DNA of 64,000 bases from Scyliorhinus canicula (lineage: Eukaryota): positions 20,025,731 to 20,089,730 of the forward strand of contig NC_052166.1 in assembly GCF_902713615.1 (NCBI RefSeq). Reading direction: 5' to 3'. Below the pieces are notes generated by a model. The model ran no database searches. It was not told the origin of the DNA and saw only the letters and a program-made list of their open reading frames with translations. This document shows, piece by piece, positions 1 through 12,441 of this stretch. Position 1 is the first letter of the stretch. Each line of letters opens with the position of its first letter. The translations under genes and the position numbers were made by a program.

Positions 1-253
1 TGTGAACTGAGGGTTTATATTGTAACGGAGGTGGGATAAATAACTTGGCTGCGACCAAGTGTTGGATATTGGGAACCTGAAGTGCGATTTCAGGTCTAAT
101 CTAACCTCAGTCCTGCTACCATTCAGCAGCAGTGAATGTGTATCAAGCCTGTGGAGTCACAACCTTTTTCTTTTGCCTCAAGAGGTTGATTATCAGCGTG
201 CTATTTGTCACTCTGCACCTTTCTCTCTCTCTCTCTCTCCCCCTCTCACTCAG

Positions 254-331
254 AGTATGAAGGGCCACCCACCACCAGCGCCACTTTTTGGAGATGAGGA
301 TGAGGAAGATGATTTTGACTGGCTTGGATGA
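254..331 (+). CDS. FKBP15: FKBP15 (FKBP133/WAFL) terminal coding exon, SMKGHPPPAPLFGDEDEEDDFDWLG*
   Basis: Long (CT)n polypyrimidine tract and CAG acceptor at 251-253; 26 codons ending TGA. The peptide matches the human FKBP15 C-terminus as recalled (SMKGRPPPTPLFGDDDDDDDIDWLG). Confidence 0.88.
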   Translation, partial: SMKGHPPPAPLFGDEDEEDDFDWLG

Positions 332-634
332 GGTCACCTCTGTTGACATTACTGGAGAGTTGGAACTGGTTCCCGAAGCTGCCAGGACAGACCCTGAACC
401 TGTCTGAGAAACACAGTGCTTATTCCACAATGTATAGCCCTGTGGAACTTCACATTCTGAAATTCTCTTAGCGTCTGTAACCTGCTAATCAAAGCCTTTT
501 TGGTGTCAGGTTGTGTCCCCGGTCAGCACAGAAGGAAGCTGTGGATGGAAGTGCACTGACTCTGAACCACATTGGTATTGTTCTCGAGCAATAGATGGCT
601 CGGTTGAAAACAGACTTATTTCCTGCTGAATTTT

Positions 635-866
635 AATAAACTTTTGCTGCTTATACAGCCAGGGCTGATGATGGCTGTTGGGCAGTCCGACCGCACAGGA
701 CAAATAGTGACTGCTGAATAACTCTTATTGTCTGCTCCGTTTATTATGAATCTCTTTCCTTCATTTTTCATCGTTTTGAAGGGGTTGTGATTGATCCTCA
801 TGCAGGGAATGGGACATTCTCCTTGTTCTGTGTGTTGGGTATCGCACATATTTGTTTCAAAATAAA
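635..866 (+). promoter_or_regulatory. Candidate FKBP15 polyadenylation signals (AATAAA at 635-640 and 861-866)
   Basis: Two canonical hexamers in unique sequence downstream of the stop codon. Confidence 0.5.
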
Positions 867-999
867 GTATCTCTGTGCCTTAACCTCCAATCACTTGGCA
901 CCCAATACTTCCATTTCTGACATGGTGATTTGATGTAGCCTGTCTGGGTGCGATTCATTGTGACAATCATGTCTTCAGCTGTCTAGGTCCAAATTGGAA

Positions 1000-1190
1000 T
1001 TCCCTCTCTGCCTCGCTTCCTATTTCTCCTCCTTTTCGATGCTCCTTAACACCTACCTCTTTGACTTGGCTTTGGGCCACCTAATCAACCTGTGTAACTT
1101 AATGTCGAATTTTGTTAACTTTGTGAAGCACCTTGAGCAGTTTTACTACGTTAATGATGCTATTTCTGTACAAGTTGTTGTTGGTGCTGG
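1000..1190 (+). mobile_element. L2-type LINE/SINE 3' tail remnant
   Basis: ctccttaacacctacctctttgac...tgtgaagcaccttg...caagttgttgttg; similar tails recur near 34130 and 62165-62305. Confidence 0.5.
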
Positions 1191-1359
1191 TTTCATTCCT
1201 CCGCCATGCTAAGTTCCACTCTTCCTGTTAACTGAGACACTACATGTTTCAAATATACTGTTTAGTATTAAAACAGCACAACAGTGCATTTGTGTTGAGC
1301 AGGAATCTTTGAACACTTTTGTGCAGTGGAACTAGCTGCACATATCCAGGCAGGTGGAG

Positions 1360-2460
1360 AGTCTCTGAACTGTTAGTGTAGTCGGGCCATTTTTATGGCT
1401 GGTCTAGTTCAGTTTCTGGTCAATGGTAATCCCCCAGGTTGGCTGGTGGGTGATTCAATGATGGGTAATGCCATTGAATATGCGGTGAAGGTGATTAGAT
1501 TCTCTCTTCCTGGTGATGGTTTTTGTCTGGTGTGAATGTTACTTGCCAAGACATCAAAACGAGTCAGTGAAAATCAGGGGGAAAATCTCTGCTGGTTCGA
1601 GTCATACCAGGCACAAAGGAAGATGATAAGTTCTAGGTCATCACTGCAAGGGTTCCTCAATGTAGTGTTCTAGGCCCAACTATTTTCAGCTGCTTCATCA
1701 ATGACCTTCCTTCCCCCACAAGGTCAGAATTGGGGATGTTCGCTGATAAGTGCACAATGTTGGGTGGTGCAGTGGTTAGCACTGCTGCCTATAGCGCTGA
1801 GGACCCGGGTTCGATTGTGGCCCCGGGCCACTATCTGTGTGGAGTTTGCACAATCTCCCCATGTCTGCGTGGGTTTCATCCCCACAACCCCTGTGGATTG
1901 ACCACGCTAAATTGTCCCTTAATTGGAAAAAATGATTGGATACTCTAAATTTAAATAAAACAACACAAATGTTCAGCACCATTTGTGACTCCTCAGATAC
2001 TGAAGCAGTCCGTGTCCAAATGCAGCAAGACTTGGACAAAATCCAGGATTGGACAAGTGGCAAGTGACATTCGCATCACACAAGTGCCAGGCAATGCCCA
2101 TCTCCAACAAGAGAGCTAATCATCTCCCCATGACATTCCATGGCATTACCATTGCGTAATCCCCCCATCAACAGCATAGGCAGTTAACATTGACCAGAAA
2201 CTGAACTGGACTAGCCATGTAAATACTGCGGCTACAAGAGTAGGTCAGAGGCTAAGAATCCTGTGGCGAGTAACTCACCTCCTGACTCCCCCAAAACCTA
2301 TCCACAAGGCACAAGCCCAGAGTGTTATGGAATACCCTCCACTTGCCTGGATGATCCGCAGCAATAATCCACAATTCGCAGCTCCAATAACAATCAAGAA
2401 ACACCATCCAGGATAAAGCAGCCTGCTTGCACGGCACCCCATCCACAAAAAATCATTCAT
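1360..2460. mobile_element. Old LINE RT remnants (CR1-like): a - strand piece (about 1360-1548) and a + strand piece (about 1550-2460) interrupted by a SINE
   Basis: Degenerate GVPQGSVLGP and FADD-like DNA; 1360-1548 is a diverged reverse complement of about 2060-2250. Confidence 0.55.
1762..1960 (+). mobile_element. Short A-tailed tRNA-derived V-SINE
   Basis: A box/B box head, V-domain core, tail aattggaaaaaatgattggatactctaaatttaaataaaa. Confidence 0.85.
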
Positions 2461-3109
2461 AGGAAAAGAGGCTCTGAAGAAGAATCATACAGATTCAAAA
2501 TGTCAACTCTGTTTCTTTCTCTGCAGAATCTTCCAGACTTGCTGAGTCTTTCCAACAGTTCCTGTTTTTATTTCAGGAAGAGAAGTTGGAAGCTCTTGGG
2601 AATGTAATAAGAAATCATGATTTAGAAAGTTGAATGCTGATGGGAAAGATCGATGGTAAAAGAGATCGAGGTAGACAGCAAGCGATCTCTTTAAAGAGCT
2701 TTGCAAGCTTTGAATGTATCGCCAACAAAGATGATTCACACCTCTAGATAAGATTAACATGGCTATCCACGGTCATAAACTCCGGGTACGGTACCTGAAG
2801 AGAGCATGTAACAAAAAGAGCAGTAAGCCTAATACGAACACCTAGGAAATAACCACTATGTACCTTACATTTGAGGTTCACCTCTACAATCTGCTTTCTG
2901 TTAGCCAATATATCCACAAAGTCATTGTTCTAGATAAGACCTACAAACTTTTGGTAAGACCCTATTCAGGACCAATAATGTGTACGATAAAGTAGACAAA
3001 AGCTGAGATTCAAAATAGTTGCAAGTAAATAAAGCCACAAGAGTCCATGGGTTTTGAACAACAGAAATAAACTAATATGCAAGGTCAGAAAGATAACAAA
3101 AAATACAAT

Positions 3110-3284
3110 GGGTTGGATTCTCCATTGTGCTGGCAGTGCACCCAAGTCTGGTGATTTCCCGATGGTGGGGGGCTGCCCACGATGGGAAAACCTCATTGGC
3201 CGACTGGTGGGATGGAGAATCCTGCTGCCGGCAGGGGCGTGCCTGCACCAGAAAACCGGTGCGGCAGGACACAGAATCCTACCC
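3110..3284. mobile_element. MITE-like element with terminal inverted repeats
   Basis: gggttggattct ... agaatcctaccc (12-bp TIR, 1 mismatch). Confidence 0.6.
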
Positions 3285-3605
3285 AAAAACTAACTTCTAC
3301 ATTCAGGGTTAATATGGGGGTCCATGTGGATTAACAGGTAAACTGTGGTTGAACATCCACACTGCACAATTATTTTTCGAAAATATTTTATTAAGGCATT
3401 TATCATTTTAACAATGTAAATCATCAGGTATCAAAAGGAACCGAGCAAGATACACAACACACCCAGTAACAAACCCCGGCCAAAGTGGCTTACACAAACA
3501 GGACCTCCTTCCCCAGCGCCCCCCTTTCCACTGATCTTCCTAACCTTACTCAACACCCCATCAGACTGCACAATTAATGGTAGATGTGACTGAGACAAAC
3601 TCCAT

Positions 3606-3907
3606 GGGCTGGATTCTCTGCAGCCCTGCGGCGAAATCACGTTTGGCGTGGGGGCGAAGAATCGATTTTTATGCGAGAATCGCTTGCCCACGAATCATGC
3701 TGCGCAGCTAGGGGGGGGGGGGGGGGGCATTGCCAGAGACCCTCCTTGTGATACTATAATCCCGACCGATCGATTTCCCAATTGCCGTGGTTCTAACCAC
3801 GTCTGGTTGGTCGGGAGTCGTGCGGCTGCTGCGGATCAGTCCGCGGATCACCGGTGGGGGCCTTATGGGCGGCCGGGGCAGTATTTGGACAGGAGAGAAT
3901 CCGGCCC
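3606..3907. mobile_element. MITE-like element with terminal inverted repeats
   Basis: gggctggattctct ... agagaatccggccc (14-bp TIR, 1 mismatch); same TIR type as 3110-3284. Confidence 0.65.
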
Positions 3908-4088
3908 ATGGATGTGTCAACCCACCCAGATGTCAGTAAGCACCGAGTCAATTCATCTCACTTCATCTCTCTCTCACCAGGGACTCTAGTCATCACCTTT
4001 GAAGATCTACGCTGGGCATTCTTTCTAAAAGTAGCCCCAACTCTGATGACCTCAATGACAGCCCACCTCTCAGGGTTTCAATCTTGCC

Positions 4089-4436
4089 TCATAGAATTTA
4101 CAGTGCAGAAGGAGGCCATTCGGCCCATTGAGTCTGCACCAGCTCTTTTTTTTTGAAAGAGCACCCTACCCAAGCCCACACCTCTACCTATCCCCATAAC
4201 CCAGTAACCCCACCCAACACTAAGGGCAATTTTGGACACTAAGGGCAATTTAGCATAGCTAATCCACCTAACCTGCATATCTTTGGACTGTGGGAGGAAA
4301 CCGGAGCACCCGGAGGAAACCCACGCACACACGGGGAGAACGTGCAGACTCCACACAGTGACCCAGGCCGGGAATCGAACCTGGGATCCTGGAGCTGTGA
4401 AGCAATTGTGCTATCCATAATGCTACCATGCTGCCC
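4089..4436 (-). mobile_element. Long V-SINE (HE1-like) with CR1-type 3' tail
   Basis: tRNA-like head, V-domain gggtttcctccgggtgctccggtttcctcccacagtccaaag, tail ggccgaatggcctccttctgcactgtaaattctatga. Confidence 0.9.
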
Positions 4437-4963
4437 TAGACTCCGTTCCCCTAGATTCCCAAATCTGTACTCAAAACACCAACTCACAAGCACAATGTCA
4501 GCTTGAACGCTCTGTGCAGAATGCTACGGCTTTAAAAGTGTACCCTTGTCCCAATGGCCTGCAGCACAGGGTCACCAACTGTTCACTACCTTCTTGGATC
4601 GTCAGAGCTTTTCAAGAGCCTTATTCGATTGCCAAGGATTCTCCTGGGTCCTCCAGTTAAAATCTGCTAACCGCAGCCTTTTACATGCTTTTTATCTTAA
4701 TTGGGATTCTACTTTTGGGACTTTCCCTGTCCCCTTCAATGGTGCTCCCCTCCCAGTCACATGGCCTCTGTTTCCTTTAATCCCCAGGCACACTGGGCCC
4801 AAAAACTGAAAAATGCAGAACTGCGCATGTGCAAATCAAGACCCTGTGCTCTTGATTTGCGCGGCCGTTCTGAGGTATGGGGTTGCCGGCCTCCTGATGT
4901 CTGATGGGGTAAGTGTGACTTTCATAACACCATTGATCACGTGTTGAAAGTTTATAGACACCC

Positions 4964-5243
4964 GAGTCACTTGATGAAGGAGCGGTGCTCCGAAAGCTGG
5001 TGATTCCAAATAAACCCGTTGGACTTTAACCTAGTGTTGTAAGACTTCTTACTGCGCCAACCCCAGTCAAAAGCCGGCATCTCACATCATGGCTACCATC
5101 AACACTGCAAACTGCCGGCTCAAAGTGGAGAGGATCTCTTAAGGACTCACCTGATGAAGGAGTGACGCGCTGAAAGCAAATGATTCCAAATAAACCTGTT
5201 GGTTGGACTTTAACCTGGTGTTGTAAGACTTCTTATTGTGCTC
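4964..5243 (+). mobile_element. Tandem Penelope-like terminal repeats with degenerate minimal type I hammerhead motifs
   Basis: Two direct copies of about 95 bp, 180 bp apart, each with (C/T)TGATGA-stem II-GAAA-GC(T/A) bracketed by stem I (GAGTCAC/GTGATTC in copy 1). Confidence 0.7.
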
Positions 5244-6326
5244 AATATTAGTATGGCAAATACAACCAGAGATATACAGGAAGGAGGTAAAGGAATTAGG
5301 TGTGCAAACTGCAGTGTGAAGAACAAGTACCTTTGATTAACCTGCACAGAGTGAGCAGCCAATTGTCCAAAAGGGCAGTCTGCAGTTCCATCTATTGTCC
5401 ACAGGAGGGTGACATGTGCAGCTCAGCAACTTTCACAATATTGCCTTACTGACCAGAGGTGAGAAACAAAACTAGCTGCAGGAAGTCACATGTCTGATTC
5501 CAGCCACAAAATGAGTAACTCCTCTGCTGATCACAGCTGTAAGTGACGGGTTGATTTAATGCATGATTTTGTTTGACCACACTTGCCCCCCAATTTATTG
5601 GCTAGTGCAGTGGCATCAATTGAAACTTTAGAATTCTACAACTCGAGGACAAATTATGGCCCATCCTGCCAGCGCTGGCTCTTTGAAAGAGCAATCCAAT
5701 TAGTCCCAGTTCTCTGCTCTTTTCCCCATATTTTTCCTTCACAAGTTCCACTTTGAAAATTTACTATTGAGTCTGCTCCTACCACCCTTACAGGCTGTAT
5801 TTCCACAACAGTAGTGTTTTTTTAAAAAAATGTCCTCAATTTACTTCTGGTTCTATTGCCGACTATCTTAAATCTGCATTTGTTGGTCACTGACCCCTCT
5901 GCCACTGGATGGTTTTTCCTTATTTACTGTTGTGTATTGTAACCAATGTATCTTTGCATACTGTCACATCATTACATGGTGACATCGCTTGGGAGATTTT
6001 CCCTCCACTTCCATCTTAGACCGTGAGCAAAACAACACCTTTGTAAATAATCTCAGACAACTAGTTCAGTAACCTCTGGCTTGGCAATTTGCTTATCTAT
6101 CCCTCGTCTCTGCTGTGAAGTAAAAAGCAAAACTCCATCAAATTGACATTGTTCTAATTTGGTTCAGCAGCCCCCTCCCGTCCACAGGGACTGCTCTTGC
6201 TCAGTGCTAGCCAGTTCCTCCTTCCGCTGGCATCAGTGGTATCAATTTTTCTTATGCCCTCAGCTTATACTGTCTTCTGATGATGCACTGGTTTCCAACT
6301 CATGAATTTTGCTTGAACCTTAGCAA

Positions 6327-6682
6327 GAAATGAAATGAAAATCGCTTATTGTCACGAGTAAGCTTCAATGAAGTTACTGTGAAAAGCCCCTTGTCACCTC
6401 ATTCTGGCGCCTATTCGGGGAGGCTGGTGCGGGAATTGAACCGTGCTGCTGGCCTGCCTTGGTCTGCTGTAAAAGCCAGTGATTTAGCCCAGTGTGCTAA
6501 ACCAGCCCCTATAATAATCGCTTATTTTCACAAGTAGGCTTCAATGAAGTTACTGTGAAAACACCCTAGTCACCACATTCTGGCACCTGTTTGGGGAGGC
6601 TGGTACAGGAATTGAACCTGCGCTGCTGACATTGTTCTGCATTCCAAGCCAGCTGTTTAGCCCACTGTGCTATATCAGCCCC
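6327..6682 (-). mobile_element. Two tandem copies of a third tRNA-derived SINE family
   Basis: Head ggggctggtttagcacactgggctaaa and tail cttcattgaagcctactcgtgacaataagcgat; other copies at 34218, 54888 and 60455. Confidence 0.85.
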
Positions 6683-6879
6683 AAGAGGAGAGATAGTTTC
6701 ACTTTTACAGGCTGCAGATCCCAAAGTGCCGTGAAGCAACATGCTTTCTAACCTGGTACAGCAAGGAAGAGGATAGAGGTTAGAAATTGTTCTCTTTGGT
6801 TCAAAATTGATAAGTGATGGGTGGGTTACTACATTATACCATACTGTACTAAACACAAAGTTTAAAGTCATAGAGATCT

Positions 6880-9585
6880 ACAGCACAGAAAATGCCCTTC
6901 AGTCCATCATGTCTGCACCAGTCAAGTATGTCTGTACAGCTCAGCCATGCGGAATGTACACCCTGCAGGATGTGGGAACTCATGCAGGCACAAAGTACCC
7001 TCACTGACTAGATCTGCAGGAAGTGTCACCAGCTGCAGAAACTGGAGCAGAAGGACGCGAGTGGCAGCTGGAGTCAGAGAACTACGGACACTTCTTAAAA
7101 ATACAGACAGAGATGATAATTTTTCATTTCTCTCAGAGGGTCATGAGTCTCTGGCACTCTCTTCCTCAAAAGGCAGTGGAAACAGAGTGGTGAAACAGAG
7201 TCTTTCCCTATTTTTAAGGCAGAGCTAGATTGATTCTTGATTAACAAGGAGGTGATATTGGGGGGTAGGCATGAATATGGGGGTTTCAGTTACAATCAAA
7301 TCAGTCATGGTTGTGTTCAATGGCGAAGCAGCTGATTGGCCCACTCCGAATTCAGATTTCCAAATGAGTCACTGGTGATCCGCGAGGTTGAGGATTATGT
7401 GGATAGGATGTTGAGAGGTGGTCACACTGCAGCCTAGAGGTATACAAGCAGAGAGGAAATGTGTGACTGCCAGAGTATCTAGGAGAAACAAGCAGGTAGT
7501 GCAGGAATCCTCAGAGGCTATCACTCTCTAACCACTTTTCCATTTTGGATCATGATGAACAAAATGGTTCCTCAGAGGACTGCAGCAAGAGCCAGGTTTG
7601 TGCCACCACAGGTGGCTCAGCTGCACAGGAGGGACGGAGGAAAGGTGGAAGTGCTATAGTGGTAGGGGGTTACATTGGTAGGGGAGCAGACATGCGCATC
7701 TACGGCTATAGATGTGACTCCAGGGTTGTATGTTGCCTCATTGGTACCGATGCCACAGAATGACTGCAAGACATTTTAGGGTGATTAAACAGCCAGTAGT
7801 CATGGTACACATTGGGACCAATGACATAGGCAGGAAAAGGAATGAGGTCCTGAAAGCTTATTTTAGCGAGTTAGAAAGAGAATTAAAAAGCAGGCCCTCA
7901 AAGAGCAATAATCTCAGGATTCCTCCCTCAACTACATGTTAGTGAGCATAAGAATGGGGTAAATTGAGCAGTTCAACAAGTAGCTGGAGAAATGGAGCAG
8001 AAGGGAGGTTTTTCGATTACGAGGCATTGGCACCGGTTCTGTGGCAGGTAGGACCTGTACAAGGATGGGGAACACCTTAACAGGACTGTCCTTGCAGCGA
8101 TGTTTGCTACTGTTGGGGAGTGATTAAACTAGATTGGCAGGGGGTGGGAACCGGAGGGGAAATTCAGAGCAGAGAGGAGAAAAACTGGAAGGAGAAAAGT
8201 ATAACTGATTAGAAGGATGTTTCAGAGAGAAGTATCAAGGTAATAGAATACTTGGAAGAGTTTGTTAGAATTGAGAGTTTGATAGGGCATTTAGGGGACA
8301 GTGACCATTGTATCATAAGGTTTAGGTTGGCTATGGAAAAGGACAACGAGCAATCCAGAGCAGGGAAAATTAATTGGCGGTGGGGGGGGGGGGGAAAGAC
8401 AACTTTTTAAAAATAAATTTAAAGTACCCAATGCTTTTTTTCCAATAAAGGGGCAATTTAGCGTGACCAATCCACCTACCCTGCATACCTTTGGGTTGTG
8501 GGTATGAAACCCACGCAGACACGGGGAGAATCAGGCTGGGTATAGAAGGGCCAGAGTGGAAGTGAAAAAACTGATCAGAAAAGCAAGGAGAGGGTATGAA
8601 AAGAGACTAGCAGCTAACATAAAAGGGAATCTTCTATAAGCACATAAAAAAATAACAAGGTAGTAACAGAAAGTGTAGGGTCAATCTGGGATTTTTAAAA
8701 ACAAGTAGTGCATGGAGGCAGAGGAAATATTGAATCCTTACTAGGAGGGTTTTCGCCCATCGAGTCTGCACCAAACCTCCGCCCACTCCCCCGCCCTATA
8801 CCAGGAACGTGCAACAGCTTTGGACACTAAGGGGCACTTGATAATGGTCAATTCACAACCTACGCATCTTTGGACTGTGTGAGGAAACCAGAACACCCAG
8901 AGGATACCCATCCAGGCGTGGGGAGAACATGTAAACTACACAGCCACCCAAGGCTGGAATTGAACAGATGTGCCTGACACAGTGAGGCAGCAGTGCTACC
9001 CACTGTGCCACCCGGAGGTACTTTCGCATTTGTCTTTACAAAGGAAGATTCTGCTACCCAGGTCGAGCTGTGGGAGGAGGTAAGTAGAACATTAGAAGAA
9101 CTTACAATTGAGAAGGAGGTGGTGTTAGACTATCTTTACTTAAATCATACAAGGTACCAGGACCTGATGATATGCGTCCAAAGGTATTGAGGGAATGGAA
9201 ATTGTAGATACGCTGGTGATAATCTTCTGGTCTTCCTTAGACATAGTAGTGCCAGAGGATTGATGAATTGTGAATCTTACACCCTTGTTCAAAAATGGGG
9301 ACAAGAACAAAGATGGCAACTACAGACCAGTCAGTTTGACTTCAGTGGAAAGGAAATGTCTGGAAACTATAGTTCAGGACAAAATCAATAGTCACTTGGA
9401 AAAGTACAGGATAAATAAGAAATGTTGGCATTAATTCATTAAGGGAAAATCATGTTCAACGAACTTGGGAAGTTTGTTTGAGTAGGTAACAGAGGGTTGA
9501 TCAGGGCATCATTGTTGATATGCTGTATATGGATTTTCAAAAAGCATTTTATACAGTGACACACCATAGACTCGAGCAAACTTCT
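6880..9585 (+). mobile_element. Heavily decayed CR1 LINE (ORF1 esterase plus ORF2 pieces) with SINE insertions
   Basis: VVMVHIGTNDIGRK (SGNH esterase motif of CR1 ORF1) in ORF 7730-7942; NYRPVSLTS-like DNA and LYMDFQKAF downstream. Confidence 0.7.
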
Positions 9586-9594
9586 ACATGGGCT

Positions 9595-9853
9595 GGGCAG
9601 CATGGTAGCACAAGTGCTAGCACTGTGGCTTCACAGCGCCAGGGTCTCAGATTTGATTCCCCGCTGGGTCACTGTCTGTGCGGAGTCTGCACGTTCTCTC
9701 CGTGTCTGCGTGGGTTTCCTCCGGGTGCTCCGGATTTCTCCCACAGTCCAAAGACGTGCAGGTTAGGTGCTAAATTGCCCTTAGTGACCAAAAAAGGTTA
9801 GATGGGGTTTTTGGGTTATAGGGATAGGGTGGAAGTGAGGGCTTAAGTGGGCC
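9595..9853 (+). mobile_element. Long V-SINE, truncated at an LTR
   Basis: Same head and V-domain as 4089-4436; ends where the LTR begins. Confidence 0.85.
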
Positions 9854-9854
9854 G

Positions 9855-10070
9855 TGACATGTGAGAGTACCTTTAAGAAATGGGTATCTAAGAAATGTAC
9901 CTTTAAGAAATGGGTGTTTATCAGTGATGTCAGAGTGTGGGTGGAGCTGGGCTGTCTGTCAGCTTTTTACTTTCGTTTGAGGCTGTTTTCTGCAAGGTGT
10001 ATTTTAGTTTCGTTTTCAGTGTTGGAGCTGAAGCCAGACAGAACAGGTGTACTGTTGATCTCTCTGCCAT
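9855..10070 (+). mobile_element. 5' part of a Gypsy LTR (same family as 16430-17037)
   Basis: tgacatgtgagagtacctttaagaaatggg...gggtggagctgggctgtctgtcagctttttactttc. Confidence 0.8.
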
Positions 10071-10468
10071 GACCTACACTGGCGTTCAGCATCACGATTG
10101 CTGATGATATGAAGATTGGTGACATTGTCACCTGAGATGAAGATAATCTTGAACTTCAAAAGGATATGGATATGTTGGTGGATTGGGCAGACAGGTAGCA
10201 GATGAAGTTCAATGCAGAGTTTTGGCAGGAAGAACTTGGAGCGAGACTATATAAAATAAAGGAGAAATTCAAAAGGAGCTGAAACCTCCTTCGCCCTTTC
10301 AGATAAAGGTACCTGCCAGTAACCTTTAAGTAAATCCAGTTTGGAAATAAAAGCTGATTGTCCCACTTTCTCAATGTAATCCTCCAAACGTGGGACAGGA
10401 TAAGAGTCGGTTCTTGTAACTGCATTAACCTTTCTGTAGTCCACACACAACCGTTGGGTACCGTCTGG

Positions 10469-12441
10469 AAAAAGCATACAAAGTGGCAAGGATTAGTGGG
10501 AGACTAGAGGACTGAGAAATCTTTAGCGGGCAACAGAAAGCTACTAAAAAAGCTAGAAAGAAGAGTAAGATAGATTATGAGAGTAAACTTGCTCAGAATA
10601 TAAAAACAGATAGTAAAAGTTTCTACAAATATATAAAACAAAAAAGAGTGCTTTAGGTAAATATTGGTCCTTTAGAGGATTAGAAGGGAGACTTAATAAT
10701 GGGAGATGAGGAAATGGCTGAGGAACTGAACAGGTTTATTGGGTCAGTCTTCACAGTGGAAGACACAAATAACATACCAGTGACTGATAGAAATGAGGCT
10801 ATGACAGGTGAGGAGCTTGAGATGATTGTTATCACTAAGGAGGTAGTGATGGGCAAGCTAATGGGGCTAAAGGTAGACAACTCTCCTGGCCCTGATGGAA
10901 TGCATCCCTGAGTGCTAAAAGAGATGGCTAGGGAAATTGCAAAAGCACTAGTGATAATTTACCAAAATTCACTAGACTCTGGGGTGGTCCCGGTGGATTG
11001 GAAATTAGCAAACGTGACACCACTGTTTAAAAAAAGAGGAAGGCAGAAAGCGGGTAATTATAGGCCAGTGAGCTTAACTTCGGTAGTATGGAAGGTGCTG
11101 GAATCTATTATCAAGGAAGAAATAGCGAGGCATCTGGTTGGAAACTGTCCCATTGGGCAGACGCAGCATGGGTTCATAAACGGCAGGTCGTGCCTAACTA
11201 ATTTAGTGGAATATTTTGAGGACATTACCAGTGCGGTAGATAATGGGGAGCCAATGGATGTGGTAAATCTGGATTTCCAGAAAGCCTTTGACAAGGTGTT
11301 ACACAAAAGGTTGCTGCATAAGATATAGATGCATGGCATTAAGGGTAAAGTAGTAGCATGGATAGAGGATTGGTTAATTAATAGAAAGCAAAGAGTGGGG
11401 ATTAATGGGTGTTTCTCTGGTTGGCAATCAGTAGCTAGTGGTGTCCCTCAGGGATCAGTGTTGGGCCCACAATTGTTCACAATTTACATAGATGATTTGG
11501 AGTTGGGGACCAAGGGCAATGTGTCCAAGTTTGCAGACGACACTAAGATGAGTGGTAAAGCAAAAAGTGCAGAGGATACTGGAAGTCTGCAGAGGGATTT
11601 GGATAGGTTAAGTGAATGGGCTAGTGTCTGGCAGACGGAATACAATGTTGACAAATGTGAGGTTATCCATTTTGGTAGGAATAACAGCAAAAGGGATTAT
11701 TATTTAAGTGGCAAAATATTAAAACATGCTGCTGTGCAGAGAGACATGGGTGTGCTAGTGCATGAGTCGCAAAAAGTTGGTTTACAGGTGATTAAGAAGG
11801 CAAATGGAATTTTGTCCTTCATTGCTAGAGGGATGGAGTTTAAGACTAGGGAGGTTATGCTGCAATTGTAGAAGGTGTTAGTGAGGCCCCACCTGGAGTA
11901 TTGTGTTCAGTTTTGGTCTCCTTACCTGAGAAAGGATGTACTGGCGCTGGAGGGTGTGCAGAGGAGTTTCACTAGGTTAATCCCAGAGCTGAAGGGGTTG
12001 GATTACGAGAGGTTGCGTAGACTGGGACTGTACTCGTTGGAATTTATAAGGATGAGGGGGGATCGTATAGAAACATATAAAATTCTGAAGGGGATAGGAT
12101 AAATGCGGGCAGGTTGGTTCCACTGGTGGGTGAAAGCAGAACTAGGGGGCATAGCCTCAAAATAAGGGGAAGTAGATTTAAGACTGAATTGAGGAGGAAC
12201 GTCTTCACCCAAAAGGTTGTGAATCTATGAAATTCCTTGCCCAGTGAAGCGGTTGAGGCTCTTTCATTAAATGTTTTTTTAAGATAAAGATAGATAGTTT
12301 TTTGAAGAATAAAGGGATTAAGAGTTATGGTGTTCGGGCCGGAAAGTGGAGCTGAGTCCACAAAAGATCAGCCATGATCTCATTGAATAGCGGAGCAGGC
12401 TCGAGGGGCCAGGTGGCCTACACCAGCTCCTAATTCTTATG
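10469..12441 (+). mobile_element. 5'-truncated CR1 (HER1-like) LINE inserted in the Gypsy RT
   Basis: SPGPDG, NYRPVSLTS, DFQKAFDKV, GVPQGSVLGP and KFADD motifs; in-frame stops; 3' tail ggcctacaccagctcctaattcttatg. Confidence 0.95.

Noticed and set aside
59-253. 5' extension of the 59-331 ORF
   Set aside because: Runs through the intronic polypyrimidine tract; only 254-331 resembles FKBP15.
3370-4800. Old - strand L1 3' remnant hosting a MITE and a SINE (ILHRAF-like motif near 4510)
   Set aside because: Plausible but too decayed to delimit without an alignment. The same applies to a possible ORF1 remnant at about 57630-58300.
5400-5500. E-box/ETS cluster (gacatgtg, ggaagtcacatg) as an enhancer
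   Set aside because: Short motifs expected by chance; no conservation data.
9855-10070. 3' LTR of the Gmr1-like element
   Set aside because: Opposite orientation to the 5' LTR, partial, and separated from the RT end by old CR1 sequence; an independent insertion.
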